Shown piece after piece: positions 1 to 10,300 of a DNA stretch of 64,000 nucleotides. Below the pieces are notes generated by a model. The model saw only the letters and a list, made by a program, of their open reading frames with translations. It had not been told where the DNA came from and made no database searches. This DNA is from an uncultured Actinomycetes bacterium. Its GTDB lineage: Bacteria; Actinomycetota; Thermoleophilia; UBA2241. The stretch covers positions 224,001 to 288,000 of the forward strand of contig CAVRZA010000006.1 in the NCBI GenBank assembly GCA_963725665.1, written 5' to 3'. Numbering within the stretch: position 1 is the stretch's first letter; each line of letters opens with the position of its first letter. Both the position numbers and the translations under genes were made by a program.

Positions 1-149
1 CCCGTGGGGGTCGTAAGGGCGCCTCGAGAGGCTCACCGGCCGCAACGCGCTGACACCGCCCACGGATGAGGCGTCGACGCGCCGGGTTGCACCGCGTCCC
101 TATTCAGTTAGCATATCCGCGGCACCGGGACGGCTGGTGAGGAGGGTGG

Positions 150-770
150 ATGAGACTCAGCCTGGTTCCGAAAGAACGCGAGTACTTCCGCCTCTTCTCC
201 GAGATGGCTGCCAACGTCGAGAAGGCCGGTGAGCTGCTCGTGGCGCTGATGAACGACTTCGCCGAGGCCAAGTCGATCAGCCGCCAGATCCTTGAGCACG
301 AGCACGTCGGCGACAAGATCGTGCACGACATCGTCCAGCGCCTCAACAAGACGTTCGTGACGCCCCTGGAGCGCGAAGACATCTACGACCTCGCGTCGAC
401 CATGGACGAGATCCTCGACAACATCGAGGCCACGGCCGACATGATGCTCCTCTACAAAGTGTCCGAGGTGGATCCGCGGGCACTAGAGATGGCCGTCGTG
501 ATCTCCAAGGCGACCGCGGTGCTGCGCACGTGTACCGACGGGCTCGAGAAGAGGTCGAAGAACATGCGCGACTACTGGATCGAGGTCAACCGGCTCGAGA
601 ACGACGGCGACCGGCTCTACCGCGACGCGGTCGCCGAGCTCTTCGACGACGACATGAAGTGCACCGACATCATCAAGTGGAAGGACATCTACGCCACACT
701 CGAGAGTGCGATCGACGAATGCGAGCACGTCGCCAACATCCTCGAGAGCATCGTTCTGAAGAACACCTGA
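150..770 (+). CDS. DUF47 / PhoU-like phosphate transport regulator
   Basis: EHVGD...LNKTFVTPLEREDIY and ENDGD...WKDIY...DECE motifs; stop overlaps the PiT start. Confidence 0.92.
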   Translation: MRLSLVPKEREYFRLFSEMAANVEKAGELLVALMNDFAEAKSISRQILEHEHVGDKIVHDIVQRLNKTFVTPLEREDIYDLASTMDEILDNIEATADMMLLYKVSEVDPRALEMAVVISKATAVLRTCTDGLEKRSKNMRDYWIEVNRLENDGDRLYRDAVAELFDDDMKCTDIIKWKDIYATLESAIDECEHVANILESIVLKNT

Positions 771-1759
771 TGCTCCTGCTCGTCGTCATCGTCGCCGTGG
801 CGCTCGCCTTCGACTTCACCAACGGTTTTCACGACTCGGCCAACGCCATCGCCACATCGGTGTCGACGCGCGCCCTCTCGCCACGCCTCGCCCTGCTCAT
901 GGCCGCGGTGCTCAACATGGCCGGCGCATTCGCGGGGCAGAAGGTCGCCCAGACGGTCGGCAAGGGCATCGTCACCCTCCCGGCCGACTCGCAGACGGTT
1001 GTGCTCGCCGCCCTCATCGGCGCCATCAGTTGGAACCTAGTTACTTGGTATTTCGGACTCCCCTCGAGCTCTTCTCACGCCCTCATCGGCGGTCTCATCG
1101 GAGCCACGCTCGTCGCGGTTGGCACCAGTGGGGTGAATTGGAAAGGCGTTTGGGACAAGGTCATCATCCCGATGATCGGCTCGCCGATTATCGGCTTCGC
1201 CGTCGCGCTCGCGATCATGAACGTCCTGCTCCTGATCGTGCACCGTTGGTCGCCCCGACCGGTGAACCGAACGTTTCGCCTTATCCAGCCCATCTCGGCC
1301 GGGGCCGTCGCCTTCGCTCACGGCTCCAACGACGCACAGAAGACGATGGGCATAATCACCCTTGCCCTCGTGACCACGGGGCATCTCTCCGGTACGGCGC
1401 CCATCCCAACGTGGGTGATCATGCTGGCGGCAACGGCGATGGCGTTCGGCACCTACTTCGGCGGCTGGCGCATCATCCACACGCTCGGGACGAAGGTCAT
1501 CAAGCTCGACCCGATCCACGGCGTTGCCGCCGAGACAAGCGCCGCCGGTGTCATCTACGGCGCCGGCCACTTCTTCGGCTTCCCGATCTCGACCACACAG
1601 ACGATCACCGCCTCGATCATGGGCGCGGGTGCCACGGGGGGCCTGTCCGCCGTGAGATGGGGCGTGGCGGGGAACATCGCCTGGGCATGGGTGCTGACCC
1701 TGCCGGCCGCTGCGGGCGTCGCAGCCCTCGTCTACCTCCCGTTGAACGCCGTCCTCTAG
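770..1759 (+). CDS. pit: inorganic phosphate transporter (PiT family)
   Basis: NGFHDSANAIAT and HGSNDAQK signatures, GLPSSSSHA; ATG at 770 overlaps the upstream TGA. Confidence 0.95.
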   Translation: MLLLVVIVAVALAFDFTNGFHDSANAIATSVSTRALSPRLALLMAAVLNMAGAFAGQKVAQTVGKGIVTLPADSQTVVLAALIGAISWNLVTWYFGLPSSSSHALIGGLIGATLVAVGTSGVNWKGVWDKVIIPMIGSPIIGFAVALAIMNVLLLIVHRWSPRPVNRTFRLIQPISAGAVAFAHGSNDAQKTMGIITLALVTTGHLSGTAPIPTWVIMLAATAMAFGTYFGGWRIIHTLGTKVIKLDPIHGVAAETSAAGVIYGAGHFFGFPISTTQTITASIMGAGATGGLSAVRWGVAGNIAWAWVLTLPAAAGVAALVYLPLNAVL

Positions 1760-1948
1760 AACCGGCGCCGCTGCGCGCCGCGGCCGTCGCGAGCGCCGGC
1801 CGGCACAGGCAGAGTCCTTCGCGCTCGTCCGTTCCTGGCGAGAAGGGATGCGCCCAAGTCCTCGAACCTCCTCGTTTGGCGTACCCGGCCGCTGGGTATC
1901 GGACGGTCACGCGGTCCGGAGGTCGGGCCGGCACGAAGCGGGGGGATC

Positions 1949-2209
1949 ATGGGCGACGAGCGAGATCTCGAGATTCTGCACTGGTTCAGAAGGAGCCCGC
2001 GTCGGCAACGGGGCGAGCTCATTGAGGGAGCGGTCCGCGAGGGAGAGGCGCTGGCCAGGGTCTGGGGCATCGAGGCCTGCGACGTCTGCGGGCGCACGAT
2101 CCTGCTTGGCGAGGGCATCTCTCGCTTCAGGAGCAGTGAGCGGGTCCTGAAGGTATGCCCGACCTGCGAGGCGAAGGCCGTCTCGGACGGCTTTCAGCGG
2201 GCCGCCTGA
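1949..2209 (+). CDS. small hypothetical protein with CxxC...CxxC (possible Zn finger)
   Basis: CDVC and CPTC motifs; G-rich RBS upstream. Confidence 0.55.
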   Translation: MGDERDLEILHWFRRSPRRQRGELIEGAVREGEALARVWGIEACDVCGRTILLGEGISRFRSSERVLKVCPTCEAKAVSDGFQRAA

Positions 2210-2409
2210 GGCCGTTGCGACGGGGGGACCCGCGGTCTACCTACCGAGCAAGACCCCGGTTTCCACTATCAGCAACGGACAAAGGCTTGCGCTCGCGGCT
2301 AGCGCTTTAGTAGCGTTACGGGCGCCGGTCAGCGACGTGTCGCGGTGACACTCGCCCCAGTGTGAGCTCGCACCAATCGCGAGCGGCGTGATGGGCGGCA
2401 GGGAGTAGC

Positions 2410-3813
2410 GTGAAAATCCGTCTCATCGAGCCTGAGCCGCCGGGCATGAACGTCTACAGCTTCGTCATGATGCCGCGTCTCGGCCTGCCCATCATCGGCT
2501 CCGTTCTGCGCAGCCGGGGGCACGACGTCAAGATCTACGCGCCGCACATCGGAGCGATCGACTGGAACGACGTCCTCAGCGCCGACCTCGTCGGCATCTC
2601 CACCACGACGTCGACGGCGACGGCGGGCTACGAGTTCGCCGATCGGGCGCGCACGAAGGGCATCCCGGTCGTCATGGGCGGCACGCACGTCACCTTCATG
2701 TACGAGGAAGCGCTGGAGCACGCCGATTTCGTGGCGCGCGGCGAGGGCGGCGAGGCGCTCATGGTGGAGCTCATCGAGGCGCTCGGAGGCGGCCGCAGCT
2801 TCGAGGACATCGACGGGCTCGTCTTCCGCCGCGACGGCGGGACCGTCGTGAACAAGTTGCGCGACCGCCTCGCGGACCTCGATGAGCTCCCCTTCCCCGA
2901 CCTGACCCTCATCGCCGGCAACGAGCGCATCGGAACAACGCCGATGATGACGAGCTGGGGATGCCCGTTCGACTGCAACTTCTGCTCGGTCACGGCCATG
3001 TTCGGCAAGAAGTACCGTTTCCGCAGCGCCGACAGCATCCTCGCTGAGATCCGCGAGAAGCGGCCGCGCAAGATCTTCTTCTACGACGACAATATCGCCG
3101 CCAACAGGGGGCGCCTCAAGACGCTGCTACGGCGCATGATCGAGGAGGATCTGGTCGTCCCCTGGTCGGCCCAGATGCGCATAGACGTCACCCGCGACCC
3201 CGAGCTCCTCGACCTGATGCGCCGCGCGAAGTGCCTGATCGTGTACCTCGGCTTGGAGTCGATCCACCAGGAGACCCTCGACCGCTTCGACAAGCGACAG
3301 ACGGTCGACGACATCGTGCTCGCACTGCGCACCTTCCGGAAGCACGGGTTGAAGACACACGGCATGTTCGTCCTTGGGGCCGACACCGACGACCGCCAGA
3401 CGGTGCGCGACACGGTCGATTTCTGCATGAAGAACCACGTCGACACCATCCAGCTCAACATCCTGACGCCGCTGCCGGGCACGCCGGTGTTCGATGACCT
3501 CGATGCGCAGGGACGCATCTTCGAGAAGCGCTGGCACCTCTACGACGCGCACCATGTGGTCTTCACGCCGAAGCAGATGACCCCCTACGAGCTGCAGCTC
3601 GAGACCCTGCGGGGGTTCATGCGCTTCTACTCGCTGCGCCAGTGGCTCAAGTACTTCTTCACCTTCCGCTTCACCAAGCTGCTCTTCCAGGGCTGGGGCT
3701 GGTGGATCGTGCGGACCTGGCGCAAAGACAAGCGCAACCGAGCCTTCATGCGCACCCTGAAGCGCTTCCGCTGGCCATCCGAGGCCGTCAAGGTCGCCGA
3801 TTCTCAGCGGTAG
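2410..3813 (+). CDS. B12-binding domain radical SAM protein
   Basis: N-terminal cobalamin-binding region (GGTHVT, RGEGG) and CPFDCNFC radical SAM motif. Confidence 0.93.
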   Translation: MKIRLIEPEPPGMNVYSFVMMPRLGLPIIGSVLRSRGHDVKIYAPHIGAIDWNDVLSADLVGISTTTSTATAGYEFADRARTKGIPVVMGGTHVTFMYEEALEHADFVARGEGGEALMVELIEALGGGRSFEDIDGLVFRRDGGTVVNKLRDRLADLDELPFPDLTLIAGNERIGTTPMMTSWGCPFDCNFCSVTAMFGKKYRFRSADSILAEIREKRPRKIFFYDDNIAANRGRLKTLLRRMIEEDLVVPWSAQMRIDVTRDPELLDLMRRAKCLIVYLGLESIHQETLDRFDKRQTVDDIVLALRTFRKHGLKTHGMFVLGADTDDRQTVRDTVDFCMKNHVDTIQLNILTPLPGTPVFDDLDAQGRIFEKRWHLYDAHHVVFTPKQMTPYELQLETLRGFMRFYSLRQWLKYFFTFRFTKLLFQGWGWWIVRTWRKDKRNRAFMRTLKRFRWPSEAVKVADSQR

Positions 3814-3887
3814 CCTCACGTCCGACTGAGCGGCGCGGCGTCAGACGGAGAGACGGCTCGCCGGACGGAGGGGCGGCGCCGTCGGGG

Positions 3888-4475
3888 TCAGGAAAGACGG
3901 GCTATGAAGACCGCCTGGTACAACACCACCAGGCCGTAGAAGAGGGTCAGGCTCACGCTGGAAGCCACCGCCAAGCGGTGGTGTCGATACCTCCACAGTA
4001 CCAGCACGCCGAAAGTCACCACGCCCACCTTGAACACGACGGCCGGAAGCCAACCCATCCCGATCAGAAGGTTCATCAGGCTGTTCGCCTCACTGGCCAT
4101 GCCGCTCTGCAGAGCGTGGCGGGTGAGCAGTAGATCCCAAAGGTTCAACATCCAGAGCGCCGCCAACGCTGCGACCACGACTGGACGCGGTCTGATCCCG
4201 TGGGAGACGAGCCAGCTTGTGCGGCCGGGACAGAGGCAGTCGTTGTCGGCGAGCGCCGCGACGTAGGAGCGGGCGAAGCCGCGCTCGAACGGCACGCGGT
4301 GCAGTGTGCCGCAGTGCGGACACGCGTAGCGCAGAAGAAGGGTGTCGGCTTCGCGGCTCACGAAAGGCGCTGGCCGTGCGCGGCGCTCGCCGCGCCGCAG
4401 CCCGCCCGCACCCGGCCGCAGGCGCCGCTCACGCACGCGCCGATCGACCAGGTAGACATCGCCTATGAGGCTCAA
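3888..4475 (-). CDS. DUF5658-like membrane protein with N-terminal Cys-containing extension
   Basis: LNLWDLLLT...G..EANSLM...FKV pattern; CPHC and CLC upstream. Confidence 0.7.
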   Translation of the reverse strand: MSLIGDVYLVDRRVRERRLRPGAGGLRRGERRARPAPFVSREADTLLLRYACPHCGTLHRVPFERGFARSYVAALADNDCLCPGRTSWLVSHGIRPRPVVVAALAALWMLNLWDLLLTRHALQSGMASEANSLMNLLIGMGWLPAVVFKVGVVTFGVLVLWRYRHHRLAVASSVSLTLFYGLVVLYQAVFIARLS

Positions 4476-4839
4476 CGCGTTACCGCGCAGACCCCGGTCT
4501 ATGACGATCCTCGCCTCGATCGGTTACCCCCCCAACCGCGCATGTAGGCCAAGCAACGCTTACGCTATACCCTGCCGGTCTGGGTGCGCACTCCGTTGGC
4601 GTACTCGCCCCGGGCAACGCAACTCCCCGCGCGACTCCGACAGAAGAGAACGGCAGCACGGACAGAGACGGGCGCCGCATGAGGCTGAAGCGAGCCCGGA
4701 GCCACCCAGGGAGAGAGCAGGGCGGGTTGAATAAGTGCGGGACGGGTGCTAGGGTTCCCCGAGTTTGGAAATAGGGCGCTCACCTTGAGGGCGCGCGCAG
4801 GTGTGCAACGGCGCGACGCGCCTCGAAAGGAGGCGATGA

Positions 4840-5856
4840 ATGACCAGTAGACGACTCGTCCCGGCCGTCATCGCCATCACCACCATCCTCCTCCTCCTCG
4901 TCACCGCCTCTCCGTCGCTAGCCACTCCCTCCCTGTCGGCGCGCGCGCGCAAGATCCAGCGCCAGCTGGATGCGCTCTACATGCGCATGGACGTGGTCAC
5001 CGACCAGTACAACAGCGCCAACGACCGGCTGACCAAGGTCCGTGGCGAGATCCGCGAGAACGAGCACAACATCGCGATCGCCCGATACAACCTCGCCGTC
5101 GCCAAGGACACGCTGCACGACCGCATCGTCGCCATGTACAAGGAGCGTCCCGTCGATCTCCTCGATGTGATCTTGCAGACCAGGAGCTTCGACGACATGC
5201 TCACGCAACTCGACCTGCTGCAGAAGCTGGGCGCGAGCGACGCCAAGGTCGTGAGCTCGATCAAGACCTGGGAAGCCGACATCGCGAAGCGGCGCGTGGC
5301 GCTCAACAAGCAGCGGACGACCGCAGCCAAGCTGGTGAGCGAGGTCGCCGCCAAGCGGGCGCTCATCCATGCGGACATCACCAAGAGCGAGCGGATGCTG
5401 CGCGGCGTCAAGGCCCAGATCGCCCGCTACGAGGCGGCGCAGGCCGCGGCGGCGCGGGCGCGAGCCCTCGCGGCGGGGGTCCCTCAGGTTCTGCCTCGCG
5501 GCGTAGTCATCGACAACTCCGGCCCCGGTCACCCCGGGGTGATCGCCGTCGCGCAGCAGTACCTTGGCGTCGCCTATGTGTACGGCGGCTCCACACCGTC
5601 GGGTTTCGATTGCTCAGGCTTCACCATGTTCTGCTACGCGCAGATCGGCATCGGCCTGCCGCACAATGCGGCCGCCCAACAGGCCTCGGTGACGGCCGTC
5701 TCGTCGCCGCAGCCCGGAGACCTCGTCTTCTTCGGCTATCCGGCCTACCACGTGGGGCTCTACGTCGGGGGCGGCAGCATGATCCACGCCCCGCACACCG
5801 GCGCCGTCGTCAGCTACGGCTCGACGGCCGGCGCGAGCGGCTACGGCCGGCCGTAG
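4840..5856 (+). CDS. NlpC/P60 peptidoglycan endopeptidase with coiled coil (CwlO/RipA-like)
   Basis: Signal peptide, long coiled coil, GFDCSG, PGDLVFF, HVGLY, MIHAP. Confidence 0.93.
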   Translation: MTSRRLVPAVIAITTILLLLVTASPSLATPSLSARARKIQRQLDALYMRMDVVTDQYNSANDRLTKVRGEIRENEHNIAIARYNLAVAKDTLHDRIVAMYKERPVDLLDVILQTRSFDDMLTQLDLLQKLGASDAKVVSSIKTWEADIAKRRVALNKQRTTAAKLVSEVAAKRALIHADITKSERMLRGVKAQIARYEAAQAAAARARALAAGVPQVLPRGVVIDNSGPGHPGVIAVAQQYLGVAYVYGGSTPSGFDCSGFTMFCYAQIGIGLPHNAAAQQASVTAVSSPQPGDLVFFGYPAYHVGLYVGGGSMIHAPHTGAVVSYGSTAGASGYGRP

Positions 5857-6016
5857 CGCGCAGCCTCACCTGGCCGCGCTCTGGGAGCGCTCCCACTAGC
5901 TGTCGCCCCCGCGCCGTCGGCCGTCGCCCTTTCCCTGCTCGAGGCACAACAGGGTAAACATTTTCGCTCCGCGTCCGAATAAGGGTATGGAGATCCGGTG
6001 GCGACGGAGGGCGAAC

Positions 6017-7108
6017 GTGAAACCTATCGATGAGCTCCTGCAAGAGATGACCTCACGGAAGGCGTCCGACCTGCACGTGAAGGCCGGCAGCCCCCCCGTG
6101 ATCCGCGTCGACGGTGAGCTCTTCCTCCTCGACGCCCCGCCCATGACCCCCGAGGATACCAAGGACGTCGCAGCGTCGATCATGACCGACAAGCAGATCC
6201 GCCGCTTCTCCGAGCACAACGAGATCGACTTCGCCTACTCGGCCCCGCAGCTCGGCCGTTTCCGCGTCAACGTGTTCCGCCAGCGCGGCAGCATCAGCAT
6301 GGCCATGCGCCAGGTCGCGACGCAGATCCCCAGCTTCGAGGAGCTGCACCTGCCGGAGATCATCAAGCGTCTAGCCCTCGAGCCTCGCGGCCTCGTGCTC
6401 GTGACGGGGACGACCGGGTCGGGCAAGACGACGACGCTGGCGGCCATGATCGACCACATCAACTCGAGCCTCCGCCGGCACGTCGTGACGATCGAGGACC
6501 CGATCGAGGTGCTGCACAAGGACCGCAAAGCGATCATCAACCAGCGCGAGATCGGCCTCGACACAGAGACCTACGCCAGCGCACTCAAGTACGTCCTGCG
6601 CCAGGACCCGGACGTCATCCTCATCGGCGAGATGCGCGACATCGAGACGGTGTCGGCGGCGCTCACCGCGGCCCAGACCGGTCACCTCGTCATGAGCACC
6701 TTGCACACGATAGACGCGCAGGAGACCGTCAACCGAGTCATCGACTTCTTCCCCCTGCACGAGCAGAAGCAGGTGCGCATCATGCTCGCCGGCACGCTCA
6801 AGGGCATCGTCTCGCAGCGCCTCCTCCCCCGGGCCGACGGGAACGGCCGCGTCCCGGCCGTCGAGGTCCTCATCATGACCAACCGCATCCGCGACTTCGT
6901 GCTCGAGCCCGAGCAGACCGGCATGATCGTCCAGGCGCTCAAAGAGGGTGAGTTCTACGGCATGCAGACGTTCGACCAGGCCCTCTTGAAGCTCTACGAG
7001 GACGGCATGATCACTCTGCACGACGCGGCTCAGGTCGCCTCGAACCCGCACGACTTCAAGCTCATGATCCAGGCCCAGGGTCACGACGTGAGCCTGATGA
7101 CGTTCTAG
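6017..7108 (+). CDS. pilT: type IV pilus retraction ATPase PilT/PilU
   Basis: ASDLH, GTTGSGKTTT, TIEDPIE, LRQDPDVILIGEMRD, GHLVMSTLHT, GMQTFDQ. Confidence 0.93.
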   Translation: MKPIDELLQEMTSRKASDLHVKAGSPPVIRVDGELFLLDAPPMTPEDTKDVAASIMTDKQIRRFSEHNEIDFAYSAPQLGRFRVNVFRQRGSISMAMRQVATQIPSFEELHLPEIIKRLALEPRGLVLVTGTTGSGKTTTLAAMIDHINSSLRRHVVTIEDPIEVLHKDRKAIINQREIGLDTETYASALKYVLRQDPDVILIGEMRDIETVSAALTAAQTGHLVMSTLHTIDAQETVNRVIDFFPLHEQKQVRIMLAGTLKGIVSQRLLPRADGNGRVPAVEVLIMTNRIRDFVLEPEQTGMIVQALKEGEFYGMQTFDQALLKLYEDGMITLHDAAQVASNPHDFKLMIQAQGHDVSLMTF

Positions 7109-7343
7109 CGGCGCCAGCTTCCTCTCGCCGCCCCCGACGACGCGGCGGCCGTACCGGCCGCCGCCGCCGAGCGCCCACCTCGCCTGTCGCGTCAGCCCCG
7201 ACCTCCTGGGAGCACCTCATGAGGTCCTTCGTATGCAGGTCTTTCGCGTTGCTGAGCGGCGTGCTCCCGGCTACAGTTGACCATCGTGCACGCGACGAAG
7301 CACACCCGCCTTCTGTGACCCGCGCCCTCGGAGGCAGCGAGTC

Positions 7344-10300
7344 TTGACGGACCACGGGCGCGGCGATCACTCCCGAGCGGTCGAGGACCGGGAGCACGAC
7401 GCTTGCGGCGTCGGCTTCGTAGCCTCCGCAAGCGGCCCGGTCGATCACGGCCTCGTCGATCTCGCGCTGACCGCGATCGAGCGCCAGGAGCACCGGGGAG
7501 CACTGGGCGCCGACGGCGAATCGGGCGACGGCGCCGGCATCCTGACCGCCGTGCCTTGGCAGCTACTCGAGAGAGAGCTCGCGTCGGCTGGCGCGCGCCT
7601 GGCGCCGAGGGAGTCGCTCGCCGTCGGCATGCTCTTCCTGCCCCGCGACGAAACCAAACGCCGCCTCGCTCGACAGCTCGTGGAGAAGGTCCTCACCGAT
7701 GAGGCCTTCACAGTGACCTGCTGGCGGACGGTGCCGGTGCGACCGGAGGCGCTGGGGCCGCTGGCCCGGCGCCACCGGCCGCACATCGAGCAGATCATCG
7801 TCTCGTCGCCGCACTTGCGCGGCGAGCCGATGGAGCGCAGCCTGCTCCTCGCCAGACGCGGCATAGGCAGAGCGCTGCAGCGGCAGTCCGTCGTACGGCG
7901 GTTCGACGACCTCTACGTCTGCTCGCTGTCGTCGCGCACGATCGTCTACAAAGGCATGGTGCGCGGCGGCGGTCTGGGCGACTTCTACGCAGACCTGCGC
8001 GACCCCGCGTTTCTCACGCGGTTCGCCGTCTTCCACCGCCGTTTCAGCACCAACACCCTGCCGAAGTGGAGCCTGGCGCAGCCGATGCGTCTCCTGGCCC
8101 ACAACGGCGAGATCAACACGCTTCCCGGCAACCTCGCCTGGACAAGGGCCCGCGACGCGGAGCTCGAGCATCCCGTGTGGGGCGAGCGCGTGGCGGAGCT
8201 GCTCCCGACGGTGCACGCCGACGGCAGCGACTCGGGGAGCCTCGACAAGATGCTCGAGCTCCTCGTCCGCTCCGGGCGCGATCCGCTGGAGGCGTTGATG
8301 ATGATGATCCCCGAGGCCTACGAGGGCAGCGCGCGTCTCGCCGTCGGCCCGGCGACCGTCGACTTCTACGAGTACTTCAGCGCCGTCCAGGAAGCGTGGG
8401 ACGGACCGGCCATGGTGGCCTTCGGCGACGGGCGTGACCGTCGGCGCCTGTGTGGATCGCAACGGCCTGCGGCCGGCACGTTACGTGACCACGCACGACG
8501 GCCTGGTGCTGGTGGCCTCAGAGGCCGGCGTCAGCGACCTGGGCGACCGCGAGATCGCCGAGAAGGGACAGCTGGGCCCGGGACAGATGCTGGCCGTCGA
8601 CCTGCAGGCAGGAAGGGTGCTCCGCGATGCGGAGATCAAGTCGCGCGTGGCTTCGCGGCGGCCCTATGGGCGCTGGCTGCGCGAGCAGCGCCTGCGCCTG
8701 CCTCACGTACCGGCGCCGCGCCGCGAGTTGCGGGCCGAGGAGCTCCTCCAGCTCCAGACAGCCTTCGGCTATACGGCGGAGGATGTCGAGGTGATCCTGC
8801 GTCCCATGGGCCTGCACGGCCGCGAACCGGTCTTCTCGATGGGAGACGACATCCCGCTGGCCGTCCTGTCGGACAAGCCGCACACCCTCTACGACTACTT
8901 CAAGGAGCGCTTCGCGCAGGTCACCAATCCGCCGATCGACCCGCTGCGGGAACGTCTCGTCATGTCGCTGGCCATGCCGGTCGGCCGGCGTGGCAACGTG
9001 CTCGACGCCTCCCCTGGACACGCGCGCGTGGCCAAGCTCGCCTCGCCGCTGCTCGACGAGACACAGCTCGAGGGACTGGCGCATTCGGGACTCGAAGTCG
9101 CCCGCCTGTCGACGCTGTTCGCCGTCTCCAGCGGGCCCTGGGGGTTGCGCGACGCCGTCGAACGGCTCTGCCGCGACGTCGTCGCGGCGGTGCGCGGCGG
9201 CGCCGAGGTCGTCATCCTCAGCGACAGGCTCGGCGAGCCTGGCGTGGAGCTGACCTACGTGCCCCCTCTTCTAGCGGTAGGCGCGGCGCACCACCGCCTG
9301 CTCGATGAAGGCTTGCGCTGCCGGGCCTCGCTCGTCGTCGACAGCGCGCAGTGCTGGAGCGTGCACCACGTGGCCTGCCTGGTATCGTACGGGGCGTCGG
9401 CGGTCTGTCCCTACCTCGCGCTCGAGACCGTGCGCCGCCTCGCCACCGACACCCTGGCCCGAGATCCGCGGCGGGAGTGGCGCGATCCCGCGGTCCCACC
9501 GGCGAAGGCCGTCGCCAACTACCGCGCCGCTCTCGAGTCGGGGCTCCTGAAGGTCCTCTCCAAGGTCGGCATCTCCCTGCTCGCCAGCTACCACGGTGCG
9601 CAGCTACAGGAGGCGGTGGGCATCGGTGACGACCTGCTGGCACTCGCCTTCGCGGGGACGACGTCGCGCGTCGGCGGTCTCAGCGTCGAGGAGCTGGCGC
9701 AAGAGACGATCTGGACGCACCAGCGCGCCTTCCCCGAGCTGACCGTCGAGAGGCTGCAGAACTACGGCTTCGTCCGCTACCGGTCGGGAGGCGAGCACCA
9801 CGTCAATACGCCCGAGGTGGCCAAGACGCTGCGCCGAGCGGTCGTGGCGAACGACGCGACCCTCTACGAGGACTACCGTCGAACGCTGGTCGACCGGCCC
9901 TGCACCACCATTCGCGACCTTCTGGAGCTCAGGAGCGAGCGCGCCCCGATCCCGCTGACGGAGGTCGAACCGGCCGAGCGGATCATGCGGCGCTTCTGCA
10001 GCGGCGGCATGTCCCTGGGCGCCCTGTCGGTCGAAGCGCACGAGACGCTGGCCATCGCCATGAACCGCCTCGGGGGAAAGGCGAACTCAGGCGAGGGCGG
10101 GGAGGATCCGGCGCGCCGAGAGCCGCTCGACGACGTCGACGAGAGCGGCCGCTCGGCGCGCCTCCCCGGGCTCAGCGGTCTGCGCAACGGGGACCGTCCG
10201 GCGACGGCCATCCGCCAAGTCGCATCGGGACGCTTCGGCGTCACGGCCGAGTACCTCGTGGCAGCCGAGCAGATCGAGATCAAGGTGGCTCAGGGCGCCA

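Noticed and set aside
4560-4800. c-di-AMP (ydaO) riboswitch or T-box upstream of NlpC/P60
   Set aside because: Only scattered resemblance (GGGCAAC...CCGACAG; AGAGAG...GGTTGAA); the conserved cores cannot be assembled
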